This document shows positions 25,256 through 33,863 of a stretch of DNA of 34,685 nucleotides, one piece after another (position 1 is the stretch's first letter; each line of letters opens with the position of its first letter). Under the pieces are notes generated by a model. The model was not told where the DNA came from. It worked only from the letters and a program-made list of their open reading frames with translations, and did not search any database. The position numbers and the translations under genes were made by a program. The DNA is from Deltaproteobacteria bacterium. Its GTDB lineage: Bacteria > SAR324 > NAC60-12. The stretch lies in contig JAYOTF010000036.1 of NCBI GenBank assembly GCA_038150265.1, forward strand, positions 1 to 34,685. Direction: 5' to 3'.

Positions 25256-25313
25256 TTGAACATCTCCAGGCTGTCAAGACATAATTTCAAAAAAATGAAT
25301 GCAATCGTTTCCA
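25256..25313 (+). promoter_or_regulatory. Putative promoter of the LacI gene plus operator 2
   Basis: TTGAAC (25256-61)-N18-CATAAT (25280-85); TGCAATCGTTTCCA (25300-13) fits TGnAAnCGnTTnCA. Confidence 0.55.
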
Positions 25314-25319
25314 GGAAGC

Positions 25320-26363
25320 ATGAAACATCAGATTGACCTCGAAAAGTATCAAGAAGACGCGCTGGTCCCGACGCTACAGGATGTCGCCCGCCAGGCGCAG
25401 GTTTCTACCGCCACAGTCAGCCGTGCGCTCAGTCAGCCGGATGTGGTCAGCAAGCGCACCCTGAAGCGGGTGCAGCAGGCGGTTGAGTCAACGGGGTACG
25501 TCGTCAACGAAGCCGCCCGGAGCCTCCGCAAGAAAAAATCGGGAGCCTTGCTGGTGATGGTGCCTGCGGTGAGCAGTCCCTTCTTCTCGTTGGTGATGCG
25601 CGGGCTGGAGGCGACGGCGACTCAGGCGGGGTACAGCATCCTGGTGGCCAATACCGAGGATGATGACTTCAAGGAGCGGCAGCTGTTCAGCTACGTCCAG
25701 CAGAACCGTGCGGATGGGGTGCTGATCCGGGGAGGGCGGCCGCCGGTGCAAAAGGGAGAGGTTCAGGGGCGCATCCCTCCGATTGTGGCGGTCAACGAAC
25801 GCATTGAGGGAATCGCCGTGCCCACGGTAGCCGTCAACGGGGAGGACGCGGCCAAGGAGGTGATCCGCTACCTGCTGGGGCTGGGACACCGGCGCATCGG
25901 CCACATCAGCGGCCCCGTCTCGCGCGCGTCTTCGGCCACTGATCGCTTTCGGGGCTATGAAGCCGCCCTCCGGGAGGCCGGGCTGACTTCAACGTGGAAC
26001 CATGCCACCGAGTACAACATGGAGTCCGGAACCCTGGCGGCTCGGGAGTGGATCTCGCTGCCGGAGCGCCCGACCGCGGTGTTCTGTTCGTGTGACGAGG
26101 TGGCCTTCGGCTTCAACTCTGCGCTGTACCGCAGTGGCTTCCGGGTGCCCCGGGACGTGTCGGTGGTCGGCTTTGACGACATTCCCCTGGCCGAGTTCTC
26201 CATTCCCTCGCTCACGACCATCCGGCAGCCTTACCAGGAAATCGGGGTCCGTGCCGTGAAGCTGCTCCTTGAGCAGATCCAGCACCCGAATGAGCCGCTG
26301 GACAGCGTCTTCTTGAAGGGCGAGCTGATCCCCCGTGAGAGCACCCGCCGGCTGGGTGAGTGA
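25320..26363 (+). CDS. LacI family transcriptional regulator (glucan locus)
   Basis: TLQDVARQAQVSTATVSRAL HTH, AARSL hinge, VPRDVSVVGFDD, PSLTTIRQP; ATG 25320 preferred because ATG 25299 overlaps operator 2. Confidence 0.93.
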   Translation: MKHQIDLEKYQEDALVPTLQDVARQAQVSTATVSRALSQPDVVSKRTLKRVQQAVESTGYVVNEAARSLRKKKSGALLVMVPAVSSPFFSLVMRGLEATATQAGYSILVANTEDDDFKERQLFSYVQQNRADGVLIRGGRPPVQKGEVQGRIPPIVAVNERIEGIAVPTVAVNGEDAAKEVIRYLLGLGHRRIGHISGPVSRASSATDRFRGYEAALREAGLTSTWNHATEYNMESGTLAAREWISLPERPTAVFCSCDEVAFGFNSALYRSGFRVPRDVSVVGFDDIPLAEFSIPSLTTIRQPYQEIGVRAVKLLLEQIQHPNEPLDSVFLKGELIPRESTRRLGE

Positions 26364-26375
26364 AGCCTCGGCGCC

Positions 26376-27392
26376 TTAAGCCGACTCCCGCAAAATGAGT
26401 CGCCCCTCCAGCAGCGTCGATGCCCGCTCCGGTATCCGCTCTCCGGAGTCAATGATCTGAAAGAGGGTCTCGACGCTATGCTCCGCAATGGACGCATAGT
26501 TCTGGGCCACCGTGGTGAGAGCCGGCGCCGTGTACTGAGACCAGAGGTGGTCATCGTGCCCCGCCACCCGCAAGGCGCACCCGTACCCTCGTCCCACCCG
26601 GATGCCCAGCTCATAAGCGGCGGCCAGGAGGCCAATCGCAATGCGGTCGTTGCTGCACAAGATGGTCCGGGAGGGAAGGCGGTGTTCATCGATCAGGCGC
26701 TTTCCCTCGGTGTACCCCACCTGCTCAAACTCCCAGTCCTTGCCCTCCAGGGAAAGCACCTGCGGAACCTGCCCCAGCCGCTCCATCGATGCGATGTACG
26801 CTTCGCGCCGCTTGTGGGCGTTCTGGTTCACAGGGGGCATGTCAAAGTAACACGGCGGCTCCCCGGTTCGGCACAGGTAATCGACCATCAGCCCCATGCT
26901 CTGCCCGTTATCCGACCCCACAAACGCATCCCCCACCGCCACATCGCTGTCAAAGGTGACCGTCGGAATCTCCTGAGTGAACGACTCCAGCTGCCTTCGA
27001 TCCGACGCGGCTCCAAGCGGAGCCAGCAAGGCGCCCACGGGCTTCAGCGAACGCAGGGACTCCAGGGCTCGGTTTTCGAGCTCGCTCTTCCCGTGGGAAC
27101 AGTTCAGGATCGGCCAGTATCCAGCTTCCAGACAGCGCTGCTCCAGGTTCCGAGCCAGTTGCGCATAAAACGGATCGGTCAGGTTCGGCACCAGGATTCC
27201 AATGTTCTTGGTCAGGCGTCGATTCTGGTTGATGGCAAAAATGTTGGGGCGGTAGTCGTGCTTCTTCAGCGTCTGCTCAATCCGATCTCGGGTTGAAGGA
27301 CGCACACTGGTGGGGTCGTTGAAGTACTTCGAAACCGTCGGACGAGAGATGCCGCAGGCGGTTGCAAACTCTTCCATCGTCGTGATCTTCAT
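26376..27392 (-). CDS. LacI family transcriptional regulator (polyol locus)
   Basis: TMEEFATACGISRPTVSKYFN HTH, YRPNIFA, RVAGHDD, PALTTVAQ; AAAGG RBS. Confidence 0.92.
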   Translation of the reverse strand: MKITTMEEFATACGISRPTVSKYFNDPTSVRPSTRDRIEQTLKKHDYRPNIFAINQNRRLTKNIGILVPNLTDPFYAQLARNLEQRCLEAGYWPILNCSHGKSELENRALESLRSLKPVGALLAPLGAASDRRQLESFTQEIPTVTFDSDVAVGDAFVGSDNGQSMGLMVDYLCRTGEPPCYFDMPPVNQNAHKRREAYIASMERLGQVPQVLSLEGKDWEFEQVGYTEGKRLIDEHRLPSRTILCSNDRIAIGLLAAAYELGIRVGRGYGCALRVAGHDDHLWSQYTAPALTTVAQNYASIAEHSVETLFQIIDSGERIPERASTLLEGRLILRESA

Positions 27393-27509
27393 CCTTTCCT
27401 TTCCGGGAACTTTCCGTAAGGGCCTGAGGCCAGAAGCCCCTCGTTTGAGGACCGGGAAGCCCGGTCTGCAGCGGCTCGTGCCGGTATGGTGAGGGAGTAT
27501 AACGAAAAT

Positions 27510-27525
27510 CTTTACTCGCGAAAAG
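27510..27525. promoter_or_regulatory. Putative LacI-type operator of the polyol locus
   Basis: CTTTACTCGCGAAAAG is a CG-centred imperfect palindrome in the AT-rich divergent region, adjacent to TTGACT (27533-38). Confidence 0.5.
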
Positions 27526-27671
27526 TTATTTCTTGACTCTTGTAATCCTCATTGTTCTACTCAGGATCCGGTCCCCCTTCGTTTTGTGCCGTCCTGGCAG
27601 AAGCATCGCCTGGAGCGGCCAGCGCAGGCCCCGGATTTTTGGAAACCGCAGCAACGGCAGGGAGCAGCACA

Positions 27672-28616
27672 GTGAAAAAAATTACAGTGGTCGGAGAGAT
27701 TCTGGTGGAGATCATGGCAGACGCCCCGGGAAACGGGTTTCGTGAGCCGCTGGCCCTGACGGGTCCCTTTCCCTCCGGAGCCCCTGCCATTTACATTGAC
27801 CAGGTGGCCAAGCTGGGACAGCCCTGCGCCATCATCTCATCGGTGGGCCACGATGACTTTGGGCGTGTCAACCTCGACCGCCTCACGGAAGACGGCGTGG
27901 ACGTTTCGGCCATCAGCCTCAACCCGGACCGTCCCACCGGAACGGCCTTTGTCCGCTACCGAGCAGACGGATCCCGCGACTTTGTGTTCAACATCAAGCA
28001 CAGCGCCTGCGGACGCCTTCAGCTCAATGAAGCCGCGCACCGGGTGCTTCAGGAGACCGACCACCTGCACATCATGGGCTCCTCCCTGTCGAGTCCGGAA
28101 TTCATTGCCATCAACCTGAACGCCGCTCAGCTGGTCAAGCAGCGGGGCGGGAGCATTTCCTTTGACCCCAACCTCCGCAAGGAAATCCTGGCCCAGGAAG
28201 GAATGCGTGAGGCCATGTCGGAAGTGCTGGCCCTGACCGACCTCTTCTTACCCAGCGGTGAAGAGCTCTTCCTGCTCACGGAAGCCACCACTCCGGAGGC
28301 GGCGGTGCAGGAGTTGCTGGGTCGCGGCATCCGGGCGGTCGTCCACAAGCTGGGAGCCGAGGGCGTCCACTACTTTGATGCGCACGAACACCACGTCGTC
28401 CCGGCTTTCTCGGTCGACGAGCGCGACCCCACTGGAGCCGGAGACTGCTTTGGGGGCGCCTTCACCACCTTCTGGCTCCGGGGTGGCGACCTCCGGCAGG
28501 CCCTGACCTATGCCGCTGCTGCCGGCGCCCTTGCGGTGACCCAGCGGGGCCCCATGGAAGGAACCGCCTCCCTGGAAGCCCTGGAACACCTGATCCAAAC
28601 GCAATCCCGCGCCTAA
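27672..28616 (+). CDS. PfkB family sugar kinase (tagatose kinase-like)
   Basis: GEILVEIMA, GPFPSGAPAIYIDQ, SFDPNLRKE, DPTGAGDCFGG; GTG 27672 with GGAG RBS. Confidence 0.88.
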   Translation: MKKITVVGEILVEIMADAPGNGFREPLALTGPFPSGAPAIYIDQVAKLGQPCAIISSVGHDDFGRVNLDRLTEDGVDVSAISLNPDRPTGTAFVRYRADGSRDFVFNIKHSACGRLQLNEAAHRVLQETDHLHIMGSSLSSPEFIAINLNAAQLVKQRGGSISFDPNLRKEILAQEGMREAMSEVLALTDLFLPSGEELFLLTEATTPEAAVQELLGRGIRAVVHKLGAEGVHYFDAHEHHVVPAFSVDERDPTGAGDCFGGAFTTFWLRGGDLRQALTYAAAAGALAVTQRGPMEGTASLEALEHLIQTQSRA

Positions 28617-28636
28617 CCGCCTTTCGCTGCTGACGC

Positions 28637-29890
28637 ATGGACATCCACGAACTGATCTCAAAAAACCGACAGGGCCAACAAGCCGGCCTCCCCAGCTTCT
28701 GCACGGCCAACGAGGCCGTCCTCCGCGCCACCCTGAAGCTGGCTGTCGCCCACGACCTCCCGGTGCTCATTGAAGCCACCTGCAATCAGGTCAATCAAGA
28801 CGGCGGCTACACCGGCATGAAGCCTGCCGACTTTGTCGCCTGGCTTTCGGAGCTGGCCCAGCAAACAGGCGTTGCCGCCGGGCAGCTGATGCTCGGAGGC
28901 GACCACCTCGGCCCCAACCCCTGGCGCAAGGAGCCCGTTGAAACGGCCATGGCCAAAGCAGAGGCGTTGGTCAGGGAGTATGCAGAGGCAGGCTTCCGGA
29001 AAATCCACCTGGATGCCAGCATGGCCTGCGGTGGCGAGGAGCGTCCGAGCTTTGCAGAAGTCGCTCGCCGAGCGGCACGCCTGTGCCGGGTTGCTGAAGA
29101 ATCGGCTCCGGATCCGGAGGGGCTGATCTATGTCATCGGCACCGAGGTTCCGGTTCCGGGAGGCGAGACCGAGGAAATGTCCGGACTCCAGATCACGACG
29201 CCGGAGCGCTTGGCCGAAACCGTGTCCACACACCAGGAGGCCTTTGAACACGAAGGCGTGGGCGCCGCATGGGAACGCGTGGTCTCGGTGGTCACACAAC
29301 CCGGAGTTGACTTCAACCACAGCGGCATCCACCGCTTTGCTCCGGAAGCCGCCACCCAGTTGGTCGCAGCGCTCGACTCGTACCGTAGCCTCACCTTTGA
29401 GGGGCACTCCACCGACTACCAGCCCACCGAAGCCCTGGCCGAGCTGGTTGCTCACCACGTGTTCTTCCTCAAGGTCGGGCCCGAGCTGACCTTCCGCTTC
29501 CGGGAGGCCATCTTTGCGCTGGCAGCCCTGGAAGACCGGCTCTGCCCTTCCACCCGCTCGGGAATTGTGGAAGTGCTGGACGCCGCCATGGACCGCCACC
29601 CGCAGGACTGGGAAGCCTACTACAGCGGCTCCCCCAGCGAGGTCGCGCTGCTCCGACACTTCAGCCTCAGCGACCGCATCCGTTACTACTGGCAAGAGGC
29701 TGAGGTCGTCCGTGCGCTGCAGAGGCTGATGGACAACCTGAGTCAAGCCCCCTTGACGATGGGGATGGTTCCCCAGTACTTTGGTTTATTCGAATTTGCC
29801 GACATTCCGTCGGACCCGGAGGAGCTGTGTGACCGGCACATCCAGCGGGTTGCGGCACGGTACTACCGCGCTTGCGGCCTGCTCCCCTGA
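28637..29890 (+). CDS. GatZ/KbaZ family protein, probable D-tagatose-6-phosphate 4-epimerase
   Basis: LIEATCNQVNQDGGYTGM, GGDHLGPNPW, KIHLDASM, GTEVPVPGG, FEGHSTDYQ, LKVGPELTF, SDRIRYYW. Confidence 0.9.
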   Translation: MDIHELISKNRQGQQAGLPSFCTANEAVLRATLKLAVAHDLPVLIEATCNQVNQDGGYTGMKPADFVAWLSELAQQTGVAAGQLMLGGDHLGPNPWRKEPVETAMAKAEALVREYAEAGFRKIHLDASMACGGEERPSFAEVARRAARLCRVAEESAPDPEGLIYVIGTEVPVPGGETEEMSGLQITTPERLAETVSTHQEAFEHEGVGAAWERVVSVVTQPGVDFNHSGIHRFAPEAATQLVAALDSYRSLTFEGHSTDYQPTEALAELVAHHVFFLKVGPELTFRFREAIFALAALEDRLCPSTRSGIVEVLDAAMDRHPQDWEAYYSGSPSEVALLRHFSLSDRIRYYWQEAEVVRALQRLMDNLSQAPLTMGMVPQYFGLFEFADIPSDPEELCDRHIQRVAARYYRACGLLP

Positions 29891-29937
29891 CTCCCACCCC
29901 CTTCGGATCTTCCACCTCTTGCTTGAAGGAGAACCTC

Positions 29938-30930
29938 ATGGAGGCAGTCGTCTACAACGGTTTGGGCCAAGCGCAGCTTGGCCACCTTTCTCCCAATGAG
30001 CCCGGCGCTGGCGAAGCCCTGGTCCGCATGAAAGCCAGCGGCATCTGCCACACCGACATTGACATCCTGCACGGTCGCTACGGCACTTCCACCTTTCCGC
30101 TGGTTCCCGGACACGAATACGCGGGCCTTGTGGAAGCCGTTGGCCCAGACGTCACCGCGTTCAAGGCCGGAGACCGCGTGGTCATCGACCCCAACATCGG
30201 CTGCGGCACCTGCCCCTCGTGCCGCAAGGGCCGCGTCAACCTCTGTGACTCCCTGGGCGCCTATGGGGTCACCGTCAATGGAGGATTTGCCGAGTACAGC
30301 ACCGTCGCGGTGGAAAACCTGGTGGCCATTGGCGACCTCCCCTTCGAGGTGGCCGCCTTCGCTGAGCCCGTGGGCTGTGTGCTCAACGGCGTTGATGCCA
30401 TTGGCACTCACGATGTGGAAGAAGCGATTGTCTTTGGCGCGGGGCCGATCGGGATGCTGATGGCCATGAGCCTACGCTCCCGGCAGGTCGCTCAGGTGCG
30501 GGTGGTGGATATTGAGGAGAGCCGGTTGGAACTGGCGGAATCCCTGGGCTTCTCTGCGCTTGCGTCCGGCTCCGAGGAGTTGGCCAAGCTGCAGAAGGGC
30601 GTGGACCTTGCGGTGGATGCGACCGGCATTCCGGAGGTGGCCACCAATCTGCTGAACTACATCGACAACGGAGGCAAGATCCTCTTCTTTGGTGTCTGCC
30701 CTCCGGACTTCCGCATGACGATTTCTCCCTTCGAGGTCTTCCGGAGGCAGCTCAAGATTGCCGGTTCCCACTCGCTGAATCACAACATTCCGGAGGCACT
30801 GGAGGTCATTCAGTCCGTTGGGTCTGACCTCAACAAGCTGGTCTCCCACTCGGTGCCCCTGGCTGACATTCCGGACTTCCTGCTGGGCAAGGCGCCCCGG
30901 GATCGGCTCAAGGTTCAGGCCGTCCTCTAG
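29938..30930 (+). CDS. Zinc-dependent polyol dehydrogenase (MDR family)
   Basis: GICHTD, PGHEYAG, CGTCPSCRKGRVNLC, GAGPIG; ATG 29938 with AAGGAG RBS. Confidence 0.9.
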   Translation: MEAVVYNGLGQAQLGHLSPNEPGAGEALVRMKASGICHTDIDILHGRYGTSTFPLVPGHEYAGLVEAVGPDVTAFKAGDRVVIDPNIGCGTCPSCRKGRVNLCDSLGAYGVTVNGGFAEYSTVAVENLVAIGDLPFEVAAFAEPVGCVLNGVDAIGTHDVEEAIVFGAGPIGMLMAMSLRSRQVAQVRVVDIEESRLELAESLGFSALASGSEELAKLQKGVDLAVDATGIPEVATNLLNYIDNGGKILFFGVCPPDFRMTISPFEVFRRQLKIAGSHSLNHNIPEALEVIQSVGSDLNKLVSHSVPLADIPDFLLGKAPRDRLKVQAVL

Positions 30931-30940
30931 GCGCACGCGC

Positions 30941-31555
30941 TCACGCGTAGTGGGAAATATCGTTGAAGAGCCCCAGACGCACCTGAAAGTGCGGTGACAC
31001 TTCCAGCAGGTTCAGTGCTGCTGGATGCTGATCCAGGCGGTCTCGGAAGCGCCGGACGTCCAGTCCCAGCAAGCTGCTAATCAGCAGGCGGTTGGTGCCC
31101 TTGTGAGCCACGACCGCCACCGTCTGGCCCCGGTGCTGCTCCACAATCTGCTGCAGGGCCGGGAGCGCCCGCGCAAGCACGCTGGCTCCAGAATCGCCTC
31201 CCCCTGGAGCCGTGCCATACGGATCTTCCTGCCACTGGGCCCAGTTTTCTGCAAACTGCTCGGCCACCACCGCTTTGTCCAGCCCATCCCACTGTCCGTA
31301 GTTGATCTCGCGCAAGCCCGGATCGGTTTGTGGGGTGAGTCCATGGGGCGCTCCCACCAGCGAGGCCGTCTCAATCGTCCGGCCCATCGGACTGCAGTAA
31401 ATGGCCGCCAGCGGAGCCGACGCCAGGCGTTTGCCCAGCTGCACCGCCTGCGTCCGGCCTTCGTCAGAAAGTTCCACATCGATGGAGCCTGCAAAGGGGT
31501 CTCGTCCGGAAACCACGGTGGCGCCGTGGCGAATCAGGTACACGTTCGTTTTCAT
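30941..31555 (-). CDS. Histidine phosphatase family protein
   Basis: LIRHGAT, SPMGRTIETA, LREINYGQWDG, VAHKG. Confidence 0.9.
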   Translation of the reverse strand: MKTNVYLIRHGATVVSGRDPFAGSIDVELSDEGRTQAVQLGKRLASAPLAAIYCSPMGRTIETASLVGAPHGLTPQTDPGLREINYGQWDGLDKAVVAEQFAENWAQWQEDPYGTAPGGGDSGASVLARALPALQQIVEQHRGQTVAVVAHKGTNRLLISSLLGLDVRRFRDRLDQHPAALNLLEVSPHFQVRLGLFNDISHYA

Positions 31556-31660
31556 GGTGTCTTGAGGAGAAGCGGTCAGGAGAGGGGGAAGCCCGGTAGC
31601 AGGACTTCCGGAGGTGTTCAGCGGGCCCCTTCAGTGGCGGCTCCCGCAGGTTCAGGAGGA

Positions 31661-33133
31661 TCAGGACTGGATGTAGTGCTCCAAAGTCGCTGCTGTTCCG
31701 TTGGCCCAGATGCTCTTCAGCGCTTGGGCAAAGGCTGCGGTGAAGGCCGGGTGCTCCGCCAGTTCCCCAAAGAGGCTCCGCTGCTCCAGAAACGCCTGGG
31801 GGCGCTCCCGAGCCTCTAGCGCCGCCTGAGAAAGCGTGGACGCGTTCGGATCATCCAGGTTGATCGTGTTCCCGGAATCGGTTGTGCCGGCACAGTAGCG
31901 GCACCAGAGCGCGCTCACCAGCGCCAACCCGGGAACCGGCAGGCCTTGCTGCAAGCGGTCTCGTGTCGATGGCAGGATGAACTTCGGCTGGCGGTTCGAG
32001 CCATCCTGACACAGCCGCGGAATCGTGTCCTTGACTTCCGGGTTCGAGAAGCGCTTCTCGATCAACTCGTAGTAGGCCCTCAGGTCCATGTCCGGAACCG
32101 GCGGGACAATCGGGATGATCTCCTCCTGCTCCAGCTTCCGTAAAAATCCCTGAATGAGCGGGTGCCGCATGGCTTCATCGACGAGGTGAATGCCAAGCAG
32201 CGCTGCCGGATACGCCAACGCCGCGTGCCCGCCATTGAGGATGCGGATCTTCATCATCTCAAAGGCCTCCACGTGGTCCGTGAAGGTGACTCCGACGTCT
32301 TCGAGCGGAGGGCGTCCATTGGGAAAGTGATCCTGCAGCACCCACTGCCGGAAGGGCTCACAGAAGACCGGCCAGTGGTCTTGCACACCGTAGTGCTGCG
32401 TCAGCACCTGGCGCTCAAGGGAGCTGGTTGCCGGCGTGATGCGGTCGACCATTCCGTTGGGAAACGCCACCTCGGCTTCCACCCATTTGGCCAGCTCCGG
32501 ATCCTGAAGCCGTGCCAGCCCCAGCACGGCGTTTCGGGTGACCTCGCCGTTACCGGGAAGGTTGTCGCACGACATCACCGTGAAGGGCGGCAGCCCCGCC
32601 TTGCGACGCAGGTGCAGGCTCCGGAGGATCGCTCCAAACACGCTCTGCGGCTGGGCCGGGTGAGCCGCGTCCGCCTTGATTTCCGGGTGGTCCGGATCGA
32701 ACTGCCCCGTCGCGGGATTGATGCAGTACCCGCCTTCTGTCACGGTCAGGGAGACGATCCGCGTTTCCGGACGCGTCATTTGCTGAATCAGGGCCTGGTT
32801 CTTTGACTCCACGGGCACAAACCCGATCAGGGCGCCGTTGACGCGGGCCCGCTTTTCCCCATCCTCCACCTCGACCAGCGTGTACAGCCAGTCTTGCGGC
32901 TCCAGGGCTTCACGCATGCGCAGGTCTCCCGGACGGACCCCGGCTCCAATGAGCGCCCAGTCCAGCGCCTTGCCCTGATTGAAGAGGTCCTCGAGGTAAA
33001 CGGCCTGATGCGCCCGGTGGAAGTTGCCGACTCCAATGTGAACGATGCCCGGAGCCAGCTGGTCACGCTGGTAGTTGGGGCGTTGAAGGGTGTCCGGAAG
33101 TTCGTGAAGGGTCTTCAGGGATAGGGAAATCAT
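31661..33133 (-). CDS. mtlK: Mannitol 2-dehydrogenase (long-chain polyol dehydrogenase)
   Basis: GIVHIGVGNFHRAHQA, SLTVTEGGY, SCDNLPGNG, MVDRITP, KIRILNGGH, RQPKFILP. Confidence 0.9.
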   Translation of the reverse strand: MISLSLKTLHELPDTLQRPNYQRDQLAPGIVHIGVGNFHRAHQAVYLEDLFNQGKALDWALIGAGVRPGDLRMREALEPQDWLYTLVEVEDGEKRARVNGALIGFVPVESKNQALIQQMTRPETRIVSLTVTEGGYCINPATGQFDPDHPEIKADAAHPAQPQSVFGAILRSLHLRRKAGLPPFTVMSCDNLPGNGEVTRNAVLGLARLQDPELAKWVEAEVAFPNGMVDRITPATSSLERQVLTQHYGVQDHWPVFCEPFRQWVLQDHFPNGRPPLEDVGVTFTDHVEAFEMMKIRILNGGHAALAYPAALLGIHLVDEAMRHPLIQGFLRKLEQEEIIPIVPPVPDMDLRAYYELIEKRFSNPEVKDTIPRLCQDGSNRQPKFILPSTRDRLQQGLPVPGLALVSALWCRYCAGTTDSGNTINLDDPNASTLSQAALEARERPQAFLEQRSLFGELAEHPAFTAAFAQALKSIWANGTAATLEHYIQS

Positions 33134-33153
33134 GCGTTGTGCTCAGTGTCGGT

Positions 33154-33828
33154 TCACGCCTGCAGAAGGGCCTGAAGCTGATGGGTGGTGTGCAGCAGGC
33201 TCTGGACACCTGCTTGCGAGAGTTGTTCAATCCGGAAGGCATTCATGTGCTGACCCGCGATAAAGCCATGGACCGGCATGTTGGCGTTCCGTGCCGCCTG
33301 TACGCCGGTGGGCGAGTCTTCAATGACGACACACTCCTGAGGAGCCACGCCATGCTGGGCGGCAAGGTGCAGGTGCAGGTCGGGAGCCGGCTTCGGACGA
33401 AAGGCGTCGGTGCTGAAGGCCTTGCCCGCGCACAGGTCCCACAGTCCAGCAGCCGTCAGGGTTTTTTGCAAGCGTGCCGAGGAGCTGTTGGAGGCAACAG
33501 CCCAAGGCTTTTCGAGGGATGCCAGCAGGGCGGCCATGCCGGGGACCGCTTGTACCTGCGAGGTCACAGCGGCTTCAATCGCCTGATCAATCTGCTCGGC
33601 CTGTGCATCCGGAACCTCGATCCCACCGTCTTCTGCAAGCTGCTGCAGAATCTGCTGAAGCGTCTTGCCGCAGGTCGGCACCATCCACTCTTCGAGAACC
33701 CCCTGTTGCCGAAGGGGATGGTGCCGGGGAAGGACGTCAGGCAACCAGCGCTCCAAACTGGAGAGAAGGGTTTGGTCAGCAATGATTTCACTGTCCAGCA
33801 GTACGCCGTCGCAGTCGAAAATCACCAT
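33154..33828 (-). CDS. HAD-IA family hydrolase (sugar/polyol phosphatase-like)
   Basis: FDCDGVLLDSE, VASNS, KPAPD, IEDSPTGV. Confidence 0.9.
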   Translation of the reverse strand: MVIFDCDGVLLDSEIIADQTLLSSLERWLPDVLPRHHPLRQQGVLEEWMVPTCGKTLQQILQQLAEDGGIEVPDAQAEQIDQAIEAAVTSQVQAVPGMAALLASLEKPWAVASNSSSARLQKTLTAAGLWDLCAGKAFSTDAFRPKPAPDLHLHLAAQHGVAPQECVVIEDSPTGVQAARNANMPVHGFIAGQHMNAFRIEQLSQAGVQSLLHTTHQLQALLQA

Positions 33829-33841
33829 CTTGATTTCCTGA

Positions 33842-33860
33842 CGTCCCCAACCCGGGGACG
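33842..33860. other. Small intergenic stem-loop
   Basis: CGTCCCC-AACCC-GGGGACG between sorbitol dehydrogenase and HAD genes. Confidence 0.4.
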
Positions 33861-33863
33861 GGC

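Noticed and set aside
28637..29890. Tagatose-bisphosphate aldolase chaperone role of GatZ
   Set aside because: No catalytic GatY/KbaY subunit nearby; kinase plus dehydrogenase context favours the epimerase role
27454..31597. 12-mer GGGAAGCCCGGT present in two intergenic regions (27454-27465, 31586-31597)
   Set aside because: Short and GC-rich, flanks do not align; compatible with chance
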